A DNA stretch of 6,866 bases, from NCBI GenBank assembly GCA_028713935.1, contig JAQTNI010000052.1:1-6866 (forward strand). The letters are read 5' to 3'. The DNA comes from Candidatus Iainarchaeum sp. GTDB taxonomy: Archaea; Iainarchaeota; Iainarchaeia; Iainarchaeales; GCA-2688035. Numbering within the stretch: the stretch's first letter is position 1; every line of letters begins with the position of its first letter. Below the pieces are notes generated by a model, which did not search any database, was not told where the DNA came from, and saw nothing but the letters and a program-made list of their open reading frames with translations. Shown here in pieces: positions 1 through 6,582 of this stretch. The position numbers were made by a program, and so were the translations under genes.

Positions 1-2134
1 TTACATAAATAGTCACAATTAAAAGGAACTGCACAGGAGAAACCATTGTCTTGAAGGCTTCAACTGAAATTCCTTTGAGGGGCAGGCTGAAGCCTGTTTC
101 TGAAACAGCGCCTCCGCCAACTGTCTGGGTTATTTCGCTTGAAGCAATTCCTGCAAGAGTAACCATTACGACTTTTTGAAGCGCGGTTGTAACTCCCAAA
201 ACAATTGGCGCAATAAAAACAACCATTGTCTGCATCATTGAAACAACATCGCTTATTAGAGTGGAAAGCATTTTGTTGACTTTTTCAGCGTTGCGCAGTT
301 GCAGTGAAAGCGAAATAAGCGTTCTTGCCGCAACATTAACCCCCAGTTCAACCGAATCAACAAGAATTTTCATTGAACTCTGGATAATGTTTGAAGGCAG
401 GTTTTTCAGGGAACCATAATTTTTGTCAAAAACCGCCTGTTCAAGAGGCATGCCAAGCAATTCAATGTTGTCAACTGTTTTTCCAAAAATTCTTTGTGAA
501 ATCAAGAGATTTGGCAGGAAAACCCTTGTGTGCTTTAATGCTTCTTCAACAGGCTTGTTTTCCCCGAGGCGCGAAGCAAGTATGTAAAGCGAGTCCTTGA
601 ATTCTGATTCCATCTGCATTATTTCAAGCTGTATTTTGCGCTTGTAAATGCTTGAAAAATACATGAAAACAAAAAATGCTATTGCAATTGCAATGATTAT
701 TCCAAAAACAAGAATGAAAGGAGTGGGATCGTTTTTTGCTTCCATAAAAAATTTCTGCTCTTCCATTGCAAGAATGTCTTTTGCCTGCGCGTCTTTTTTG
801 CCTTCTGAACGCAATTCGTTGTATCTTTTTCCTCCAGGTTCAAAAAATTTTGCATCCCCTTTTTCCCTTAAAATTATTTGCTGCGCATCTGGGTCTGAAG
901 GAAGAATCTGGGGAGAATTTTCCGGCATAAATGATTTTGGAGGCAGGCCCTGTTGTGAAACAGCAACAGTAAGAAGAATTCCCGCAATAAGAATAATGGC
1001 AGCAATCATTGTGGTGTTCAGGCCTGTTTTGCCTAAAACCATCTGGCCTTTTTTTGGCAGGCCTGGAAAGCCATCAGGAATTTTTGGCGGCACATAAGTG
1101 GGAGGCCTTTTTTTTATGACCTGCATTGCAAAAATCAAGGTTATTATTGGAATTCCAATGTTGTAAATTGCAATCAAGACAAGGGGAGTTGCCATTGGCG
1201 TGCCTGAAAAAGCGCTTCCAACTGGCAGGATAATAATCAGGATAAGCGGAAGAAGGACTCCAACATAAAACAATACTGTTGAAGGCTGGGAAAGGTTTCT
1301 TGCATATTGCTCCATTTTGTTTTTGATTGATTCAAGCACTGTTTCCATTGTCTTGTCCAACAACTGGTATCTTTTGGCTTCAGTGTTTTCCAGAACGCTT
1401 GCCCTTACCATCATCAAAGCGTGCTTGAATTCATCGCTGAATTTTCCCCATCTGTAGGCAAGGTCATCAAGCGCTTCTGACAATGAGTGGAACATGCCAA
1501 TCTGTGTTTCCCAGAGAATTCTCTTGAAGTCATCTGAAATTTTTCCCCTGCCATGGCTTGCTGCAAATTCAACTGCCTTTTCAAGGTTTGGAACAAGCTT
1601 CATTGACATTATCATGTATCCGACAAGCTCAGGCACATAGCCAAGCGCTTTTGTCTGCTCGTCTTTTGCGGCATTGATTGGATAGTTCTGGACATACATT
1701 GCGAGGAACAAGGCGAGTGCAATAAAAGGCACAAGCGCATAAATGTAAACCAGAATGTCAATCTGCACAAAATCCATGAGAATATTGAACAAAGGCGAAA
1801 AAATAATTCCAATTCCTGCGCCTGCTCCTATTACAAGCGCTACTATCATCACAAGTTTTGTGGCTGCTGAAAGCTCCTCTGGTTTCAAATCCCAGTGCAA
1901 AAAATCAATTGCCTCCCTGAATTTTGGCGTAAAAGAAGCCCCCTGCCCAAGAGAAGGAAACTTCTGGTGAATTGACTTGCAAAATCCTACAAAGTGGGGA
2001 TTTTCCCTTTTCACAAGGCCTTTTTCGCCTTTCTCAAAGTCATCCCTGCTTACAATTATTTTTTTGTATAATTCTCCCGGAGAAATTTCCGGCTCAAAAA
2101 ATTCTTCTCCCCGCTTTCCCTTTGTATCAGGCAT
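1..2134 (-). CDS. FlaJ/PilC/TadC-like (T2SSF-type, two-domain) polytopic membrane platform protein; 3' end cut by the window edge
   Basis: Hand translation of the minus strand from ATG (2134-2132) stays open for 711 codons down to position 2. I spot-checked the frame at 2-120, 596-661 and 1310-1420. The ORF is absent from the track only because it has no stop in the window. The product starts MPDTKGKRGEEFFEPEISPGELYKK. It has two helical cytoplasmic modules, each followed by hydrophobic helices: first ...LVPNLEKAVEFAASHGRGKISDDFKRILWETQIGMFHSLSEALDDLAYRWG... then LFYVGVLLPLILIIILPV; second ...EFKDSLYILASRLGENKPVEEALKHTRVF...IELLGMPLEQAV... then MVVFIAPIVLGVTTAL. There are several further strongly hydrophobic segments (LVMIVALVIGAGAGIGIIF, ILVYIYALVPFIALALFLAMY, MIAAIILIAGILLTVAV, FILVFGIIIAIAIAFFVFMYF). 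It lies 21 nt downstream of a FlaI-type ATPase, which is the canonical partner arrangement. Confidence 0.75.
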   Translation of the reverse strand, partial: MPDTKGKRGEEFFEPEISPGELYKKIIVSRDDFEKGEKGLVKRENPHFVGFCKSIHQKFPSLGQGASFTPKFREAIDFLHWDLKPEELSAATKLVMIVALVIGAGAGIGIIFSPLFNILMDFVQIDILVYIYALVPFIALALFLAMYVQNYPINAAKDEQTKALGYVPELVGYMIMSMKLVPNLEKAVEFAASHGRGKISDDFKRILWETQIGMFHSLSEALDDLAYRWGKFSDEFKHALMMVRASVLENTEAKRYQLLDKTMETVLESIKNKMEQYARNLSQPSTVLFYVGVLLPLILIIILPVGSAFSGTPMATPLVLIAIYNIGIPIITLIFAMQVIKKRPPTYVPPKIPDGFPGLPKKGQMVLGKTGLNTTMIAAIILIAGILLTVAVSQQGLPPKSFMPENSPQILPSDPDAQQIILREKGDAKFFEPGGKRYNELRSEGKKDAQAKDILAMEEQKFFMEAKNDPTPFILVFGIIIAIAIAFFVFMYFSSIYKRKIQLEIMQMESEFKDSLYILASRLGENKPVEEALKHTRVFLPNLLISQRIFGKTVDNIELLGMPLEQAVFDKNYGSLKNLPSNIIQSSMKILVDSVELGVNVAARTLISLSLQLRNAEKVNKMLSTLISDVVSMMQTMVVFIAPIVLGVTTALQKVVMVTLAGIASSEITQTVGGGAVSETGFSLPLKGISVEAFKTMVSPVQFLLIVTIYV

Positions 2135-2155
2135 AAAAAATCAACAAAAAAAAAA

Positions 2156-5100
2156 TTATTTTTTTTCTCCCTGGGGTTTTTTCGGCAGAGCCTTTCCTGT
2201 TTCAGGCTTTTTTTTCACAAGCCTCGGCAAATAAGTGTTCTGAACCCAGTATTTCCATTTTCCCAAAACCTGCCCATAATCAATTTTTCCATTCTGCTCA
2301 ATTTCTTCCTGCTTGAAAAGCATCAATTTGTTATTGCAGGCAACAGTGTTTTCTGCTTCAAGAAGCTTTGGCACATTATGATTGCGCTTCAGTTCAACCA
2401 AAAAAGATTTTGAATAACCCCTCATTTTGATGTCTTCCCACATTTCCTTCATTGTCAGGCCGCTTGTCCTCGAAATTTTTGAAAACAATTCTGATTCCTT
2501 CAAATTATCTTCCAGCAATTCCAAATTGTCTTTTTTCGCATCAAACAGCATTAAGTCAAGCAATCCCCCTTCCCTTTCAGGGTCGTCAACCCAGTGCTTT
2601 TTCACTTCAGTAATCTGCACAACTCTTTTTTCCCTTTTCAAAGAACCTGAAAATCTTATTGGGCGGGCAACAACAACAACATCAGTTGCCTTGAAGCTAG
2701 TGGTTGGAACACCCAAATCATTCACTACCCTGTCCCAGACACTGTAAGCTGAATCGCCATGAATAGTGCCAATTACAATATTGCCTGCAGCGCCAACACG
2801 CATTGCCTCATACAAAACCTTTGCTTCCCTGCTTCTCACTTCCCCGATTACAAGCGCAGAATCCCCCAATCTCAAAGCAGTCCTCAAGGCCTCTGCAGGA
2901 GCAACCTCGCTTTCAGTCTTGCTCACAGAAATCGGGCTCCTTGTTTTAAGGCGCTGAATGCTAAAGCCGATTTCCTTCAGGTAAGGGACTGGAATTTCAA
3001 GAGTGTTGTGGGCAAGTATGTTCTGGCAAACAAAATTTTCCGTTTCAGGAACAGAAAAATCATAAACCCAATTTTTCTCGGATTCCATTTTTTGCAGGGA
3101 AACAATTTCATCCCAAAAAACATCCGCATAGGCAATTTTTTCCAGTTCCTGAATTAAACAGGTTCTTTGTGCAGTGTGCGAAAGCATGCTTTGAAGTTTT
3201 GCCCTTCCAATGGAATAATCCCTGGAAATGTAATCATGGCGGTTAAAACCCGGAATAAATCCTGCAATTTTTTCTTTTGTTTCCTTGGCAAGGGGAATAA
3301 CGTCAGAAGCATCTTGTGAAGGCTTGTGCGTGCACAAAGACCCAAGCCTCTGGACTTTTTTTTCCTGAAGAAAACCAATCTTTTCCCTGAAAACGCAAAA
3401 ATTTTTTGCATGCCCAATATATGTTTTGTAAGTTTTGTCCCTGGGATTCAAACCGCTTGTTCTTGCAAAAATTCCCATTTCAAGCAAAACAGTCTGAATC
3501 TGTGCAACCATGTTTTTTGATGCAAGTGAAATTCCAATCTCTTTTTTTGTTGCATATCCATCGCCGGAAAAAAGCCCTTTCAAAAAAACCCCTTTTTGTT
3601 CCTGGCTTAAATTGAAAACCCAGCCAGGAAAACGCTTTGTATATGCATTTCCATTCAGGTTCAAAACATTTTTCAAAAACCAAACAAAATTAGTGTTTGA
3701 AATTATTGTAGAAAAATTATCGCTGTGCAACCTGGCAGCCAGGCCAAATTGATTGCAAACATTGCGCAATACGCTTTTGCTTGGCTCATCTCCAACAGAA
3801 ACAACCACTCCAAATTTGCCGTCAAAACAGCCGTCTGCAAGCCACAGGCCAGAGAACAAAAGCAAATCATTTGTAATAGAAAATTCTACTGGAATCGGCT
3901 TTGACCTTTTGTCAACTTTGAATTTCAAATCCGGGAATTTGCCCTCGCTTGTGCCTGAAAGTTCTTTGAAAATTTCTATTGGCAGCAATCCTTTGCGTTT
4001 CCAGGCTGAAAAAGCGGCTTTTTTATAGCCCTTTTTAAAAGCAATTTTTTTAACAAAAGCCCAATTATTTGCAATCAGGCTTTTCAGGGCCTCAGAAACA
4101 AAAAAGCCCCTGTTTTCTTTTAACAAAATTTCAAATGCAGAAAATTTTTCCAGCCCCGTGGAACAAGAAGGAAACTGCCTTGGCACAGCAATCTTCTTTC
4201 CAATGCACAAATCAGCAGTTCTTATTGGAATAATTCTTCCCTCAGAATTCAGGGAGAACAAGGAATGGTCACAGGTCACTTTGATTTTTCTTCCGCTTTT
4301 TGTCCCAACTTCTATAATATCCTTTGAAACCAAATGCCTTGAAAATTGCGAAACCCTCTTCAAAGCCATTTTTCCTTTTTTGTCCAAAGAAAAAACAAAT
4401 ATATTTTCAGGATTGCAGTCCAGCAGTTGAATCCCGTTGCTTTCAATGAAACCATATTTTTCAGCAAGACCGTTAATCAGGCTTCCAACAGTGGTAAATT
4501 CCATCTGCCCATTTCTCTGGACAAGAATTTCAGAATCGCCTGTAACACTGTCTTCCTGAACCAAAATCCTGTTGTTCTGCATAATTTCAAGCATGCTCGC
4601 AGTAAGCAAAGAAGTTTTTCCAGAACCCCTGCTTCCGGTTATGAGAGTTGTTGCCTGGCTGTCAATAAAAAAAGAAAGCAGCCCAGCAGCAAGGGGATTC
4701 AAAAACCCCTTGTCCAAAAACTGCGGCAAAGTCCACGGAGTGTCCTTATGAATCCTGAAAGCAAAAGCAACACCATCAGGAGCCAATGGCGGCCCTATTA
4801 TTGCAGTCCTTATTTCAAGGTCAGGCAAATCAAAATCAAGCACAGGATGCGCTTCATCAAAAGGTCTTCCAGACATTGCCCTTAACTTGCTGACAAGGCC
4901 TTCTGCTTCCTCATTGGTATACAAAATATTTGTCTGGCACTGACCAAATTCAGAATGCACAACATACAAAGGCCTCTGCCCTATCGGGGAATCAAGGTAA
5001 ATGTCAGTAAGATTCCTGTCAGAAAGAAGCACTTCAAGAATCCCATAGCCGACAGTGTATCTTGCAACAATTTCCGCAAGCTCTGCTGTTTCCTCATTTG

Positions 5101-6037
5101 TCAATTCAACCCTGTTTGCCCTTGCAACATCCTTGATTGTTGATTCATAAATCCTTTCAAAGTACTTGCGGGATTTTGAAAGAGAGCTCAAAGAAATTTT
5201 TCCAGGCTGATATCCTGCAACAATTTCCTTTGTCTTGCTCATTACAAAATACTGATTTGGGGGCAAGGAATATTCAGGGGGATTCACAATGTACAACGGC
5301 TCTGCCTTGTCCGGATGCTTGAAAATCTGGACACTGGATTTCAAAACACTGTACTCATCAAGCAGTTCCAATTGCTCTGTTTCCTTGAACAATAGCCTTG
5401 AACCTATAAAACTCGGCTTTACTTCCGCCTCAAAAAGATTCTTGTAAAGGACAGAAGTGTCAGGAACATCTTTCAGCCTTGTAAGAATATCAAGGCTCTT
5501 CTGCACAATGGTTGTTTCTTCAAAGCTTTTCCTGACATACTCAAGAGTTGCAAGAAAAGGCTGTGTGCATTTTCCGTAAGCAGGGCCTGCTTCAGCCAAT
5601 TTTGTTTTTTCAGCCTTGATTTCACGCAGCAAAGTAAGGTAAGAAAGCAAAGGGTCAAAGGCAATCAAATCATGCGTAATTTTTACCATTGTATCATGGC
5701 GCATTGAAAAAAACTGCTCACATTCCTTTTCAGCAGCGCCAAGATGCCTATAGCTCCAGATGCTTTCAACATTGAACTTCTGCCTCAAATTGGCTGTTTC
5801 AGAAAGCATTTTCGCCTGCGCTTCATCATAAACCCTTTCATAAACCTCTGCGCAAATAACAAGGTCAGCCTCAATTTCGGAAAGCAAAGCAATTGCATGG
5901 TACCTGCAATGAAAATCATCAGCCATGCTCGCGCCATAAACACAATTGCGGCAGTCAAAAACAAGATTTCTCTTCCCAGCCTCTTCCTTTACTACATAAT
6001 CGCCGACTTCAAAATTACCAATCTTCATGCAAAGCAC
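2156..6037 (-). CDS. FlaI/PilB/VirB11-family (T2SSE-type) secretion/assembly ATPase precursor containing an intein
   Basis: 1293-aa ORF from the track. It has a Walker A motif GSRGSGKTS (aa 468-476, nt 4610-4636). The Asp box RILVQED|TLEIPV is split by the intein. It also has a Walker B motif ALVIGEVRSREA (Glu at nt 2840-2842) and a His box IGTIHGDS. Upstream it has the family-typical stretch RTAIIGPPLAPDGVAFAFRIHKDTPWTLPQFLDKGFL. The mature extein would be 778 aa. The true start may be Met4 (ATG 6028-6026) rather than Met1 (see findings). Confidence 0.9.
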   Translation of the reverse strand: MLCMKIGNFEVGDYVVKEEAGKRNLVFDCRNCVYGASMADDFHCRYHAIALLSEIEADLVICAEVYERVYDEAQAKMLSETANLRQKFNVESIWSYRHLGAAEKECEQFFSMRHDTMVKITHDLIAFDPLLSYLTLLREIKAEKTKLAEAGPAYGKCTQPFLATLEYVRKSFEETTIVQKSLDILTRLKDVPDTSVLYKNLFEAEVKPSFIGSRLLFKETEQLELLDEYSVLKSSVQIFKHPDKAEPLYIVNPPEYSLPPNQYFVMSKTKEIVAGYQPGKISLSSLSKSRKYFERIYESTIKDVARANRVELTNEETAELAEIVARYTVGYGILEVLLSDRNLTDIYLDSPIGQRPLYVVHSEFGQCQTNILYTNEEAEGLVSKLRAMSGRPFDEAHPVLDFDLPDLEIRTAIIGPPLAPDGVAFAFRIHKDTPWTLPQFLDKGFLNPLAAGLLSFFIDSQATTLITGSRGSGKTSLLTASMLEIMQNNRILVQEDSVTGDSEILVQRNGQMEFTTVGSLINGLAEKYGFIESNGIQLLDCNPENIFVFSLDKKGKMALKRVSQFSRHLVSKDIIEVGTKSGRKIKVTCDHSLFSLNSEGRIIPIRTADLCIGKKIAVPRQFPSCSTGLEKFSAFEILLKENRGFFVSEALKSLIANNWAFVKKIAFKKGYKKAAFSAWKRKGLLPIEIFKELSGTSEGKFPDLKFKVDKRSKPIPVEFSITNDLLLFSGLWLADGCFDGKFGVVVSVGDEPSKSVLRNVCNQFGLAARLHSDNFSTIISNTNFVWFLKNVLNLNGNAYTKRFPGWVFNLSQEQKGVFLKGLFSGDGYATKKEIGISLASKNMVAQIQTVLLEMGIFARTSGLNPRDKTYKTYIGHAKNFCVFREKIGFLQEKKVQRLGSLCTHKPSQDASDVIPLAKETKEKIAGFIPGFNRHDYISRDYSIGRAKLQSMLSHTAQRTCLIQELEKIAYADVFWDEIVSLQKMESEKNWVYDFSVPETENFVCQNILAHNTLEIPVPYLKEIGFSIQRLKTRSPISVSKTESEVAPAEALRTALRLGDSALVIGEVRSREAKVLYEAMRVGAAGNIVIGTIHGDSAYSVWDRVVNDLGVPTTSFKATDVVVVARPIRFSGSLKREKRVVQITEVKKHWVDDPEREGGLLDLMLFDAKKDNLELLEDNLKESELFSKISRTSGLTMKEMWEDIKMRGYSKSFLVELKRNHNVPKLLEAENTVACNNKLMLFKQEEIEQNGKIDYGQVLGKWKYWVQNTYLPRLVKKKPETGKALPKKPQGEKK
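3005..4549 (-). mobile_element. Intein (515 aa, aa 497-1011 of the precursor) with an embedded LAGLIDADG homing endonuclease domain
   Basis: Block A is SVTGDSEILV, starting at Ser497 (AGT, nt 4549-4547). Block B is KVTCDHSLF (Thr588 to His591, nt 4276-4265). Blocks F and G are NWVYDFSVPETENFVCQNILAHN, ending in His-Asn (Asn1011, nt 3007-3005), followed by Thr+1 (nt 3004-3002). Removing these 1545 nt (a multiple of 3) joins RILVQED to TLEIPV and rebuilds the IEDTxE(L/I)-type Asp box of this ATPase family. Confidence 0.85.
3554..3859 (-). other. LAGLIDADG homing endonuclease core (two motifs) inside the intein
   Basis: Motif 1 is LFSGLWLADGCFDG (Asp735 codon at nt 3835-3833). Motif 2 is FLKGLFSGDGYATKK (Asp826 codon at nt 3562-3560). 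Both conserved acidic residues are present and the reading frame is intact throughout. Confidence 0.8.
5992..6027. repeat. 36-bp direct repeat, copy 1 (inside the ATPase CDS, codons for KIGNFEVGDYVV)
   Basis: CTACATAATCGCCGACTTCAAAATTACCAATCTTCA is identical base for base to 6120-6155. Confidence 0.95.
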
Positions 6038-6042
6038 CAGAA

Positions 6043-6079
6043 TTTGTTTACCATATAATTCAGGTTTCTTTCTTTTGGG
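6043..6079. repeat. R-unit copy 1 (TTTGTTTACCATATAATTCAGGTTTCTTTCTTTTGGG)
   Basis: Shares TGTTTACCATA.AATTCA and TTCTTTCTTTTGGG with the units at 6511-6620. It lies immediately upstream of the ATPase start. Confidence 0.85.
6051..6060 (-). promoter_or_regulatory. TATA-like box AATTATATGG inside R-unit 1, proximal to the ATPase start
   Basis: The box centre is near 6055, about 26-27 nt upstream of the Met4 ATG (6028). This spacing fits a leaderless archaeal transcript starting at or near Met4. Confidence 0.3.
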
Positions 6080-6082
6080 AAA

Positions 6083-6116
6083 CTTACACTTTTCTTTCTT
6101 GCAAGAAAGAAAAGGG
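6083..6116. repeat. P-element copy 1: CTTACAC followed by a 26-bp perfect palindrome (6089-6114)
   Basis: CTTTTCTTTCTTGCAAGAAAGAAAAG equals its own reverse complement. It is flanked by CTTACA on one side and GGG on the other. Confidence 0.9.
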
Positions 6117-6119
6117 GAG

Positions 6120-6155
6120 CTACATAATCGCCGACTTCAAAATTACCAATCTTCA
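6120..6155. repeat. 36-bp direct repeat, copy 2 (non-coding, 128 bp upstream of copy 1 relative to the gene)
   Basis: Identical to 5992-6027. On the minus strand it is preceded by GTG where copy 1 has ATG. Weaker similarity continues for about 11-16 bp further (GCA(A)CACC). Confidence 0.95.
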
Positions 6156-6180
6156 CAAGCAACACCGCGCAACGCGTAAT

Positions 6181-6190
6181 TGATTAATCA
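6181..6190. promoter_or_regulatory. 10-bp perfect palindrome TGATTAATCA (candidate operator)
   Basis: Self-complementary. It directly abuts the TATA-like boxes at 6191-6220. Confidence 0.3.
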
Positions 6191-6220
6191 CTTATAAAAA
6201 GAATTAAACTTATATAAAAG
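6191..6220. promoter_or_regulatory. Two archaeal-type TATA-like boxes (CTTATAAAAAG and CTTATATAAAAG); orientation ambiguous
   Basis: On the minus strand these read TTTTATATAA and TTTTTATAA, close to the TTTAWATA-type consensus. They could drive transcription toward the ATPase (minus) or into the G-unit/hairpin region (plus). Confidence 0.35.
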
Positions 6221-6240
6221 CCTTTTTTGCTCTCGCAAAA

Positions 6241-6273
6241 AAGCCTTGGGAAAATGCTTCGCAAAAAGCCTTT
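6241..6273. repeat. G-unit copy A (AAGCCTTGGGAAAATGCTTCGCAAAAAGCCTTT)
   Basis: The 33-nt core is identical to copy C and differs from copy B at one position. Confidence 0.9.
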
Positions 6274-6293
6274 TTTGAAAAAAAAGCCTCATT

Positions 6294-6372
6294 GCAAATC
6301 CTTTGGATTTGCGATGCATCGTAAAAGCTTTGCTTTTACAATGTGGGAAAAAAAGACTTGCTGCGCAAGTCT
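6294..6372. other. Three consecutive small hairpins, each an 8-bp stem with a 3-nt loop
   Basis: The three are GCAAATCC ttt GGATTTGC (6294-6312), GTAAAAGC ttt GCTTTTAC (6321-6339) and AGACTTGC tgc GCAAGTCT (6354-6372). A similar hairpin, CTTTTTTGC tctc GCAAAAAAG, lies at 6222-6243. An imperfect one lies at 6412-6449. Confidence 0.7.
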
Positions 6373-6384
6373 AGCCTTCGGCAA

Positions 6385-6426
6385 AAGCCGTGGGAAAATG
6401 CTTCGCAAAAAGCCTTTCGAAGCGCT
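6385..6426. repeat. G-unit copy B (42 bp shared with copy C)
   Basis: AAGCCGTGGGAAAATGCTTCGCAAAAAGCCTTTCGAAGCGCT. It has 2 mismatches to copy C over 42 nt. It contains the internal inverted repeat GCTTCG...CGAAGC. Confidence 0.9.
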
Positions 6427-6445
6427 CGCTGATGCTCGCTTTCGA

Positions 6446-6487
6446 AAGCCTTGGGAAAATGCTTCGCAAAAAGCCTTTCGAAGCACT
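6446..6487. repeat. G-unit copy C
   Basis: AAGCCTTGGGAAAATGCTTCGCAAAAAGCCTTTCGAAGCACT, offset 61 bp from copy B. Confidence 0.9.
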
Positions 6488-6510
6488 GGTTAAAGTTTTT
6501 ACAAAAAAAA

Positions 6511-6532
6511 CTCAGATTCTTTCTTTTGGGCA
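6511..6532. repeat. R-unit copy 2 (3' half clear; a degenerate 5' half may extend back to ~6492)
   Basis: CTCAGATTCTTTCTTTTGGGCA. The 18 nt GATTCTTTCTTTTGGGCA are identical to 6563-6580. Confidence 0.8.
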
Positions 6533-6542
6533 ACAGGGAAAG

Positions 6543-6580
6543 TTTGTTTACCAAAAGTCCAGGATTCTTTCTTTTGGGCA
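6543..6580. repeat. R-unit copy 3
   Basis: TTTGTTTACCAAAAGTCCAGGATTCTTTCTTTTGGGCA. The TTTGTTTACCA head is identical to copy 1 and the tail is identical to copy 2. Confidence 0.85.
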
Positions 6581-6582
6581 AA

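Noticed and set aside
2135-2155. T10-GTTGA-T6 tract (minus strand) between the ATPase stop and the membrane-protein ATG, as a possible archaeal oligo-T terminator
   Set aside because: The 21-nt spacer and the functional pairing of the two genes argue for co-transcription, and no promoter for the downstream gene is visible. Partial attenuation cannot be excluded, but the sequence alone does not support it.
1108-4052. A8/T8 homopolymer runs inside coding sequence (1108-1115, 3356-3363, 4045-4052) as possible phase-variation tracts
   Set aside because: Lys-rich, AT-rich coding sequence produces such runs routinely. All are in frame here and there is no evidence of length variation.
391-5664. 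Short ORFs inside the two large genes, mostly antisense on the plus strand (e.g. 391-600, 648-1097, 1755-1970, 2427-2747, 2759-3157, 4346-4885) plus out-of-frame minus-strand ORFs (1414-1596, 1612-1812, 3154-3417, 3480-3683, 5473-5664)
   Set aside because: All lie wholly within long ORFs that carry clear family motifs. Their products are low-complexity with no recognisable motifs. The 1414-1596 and 1612-1812 ORFs are in a different frame from the membrane-protein CDS.
5893-6183. Plus-strand 96-aa ORF containing the peptide IIADFKITNLH twice
   Set aside because: The internal repeat is just the antisense translation of the 36-bp nucleotide duplication, and most of the ORF is antisense to the ATPase start.
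6241-6487. Possible CRISPR mini-array formed by the three G-units
   Set aside because: There are only three copies with irregular spacing (144 bp, then 61 bp). The B-C spacer would be only ~20 nt. The repeats have degenerate related sequence on their flanks, and no cas gene or leader is visible. The pattern fits a dispersed or tandem intergenic repeat better.
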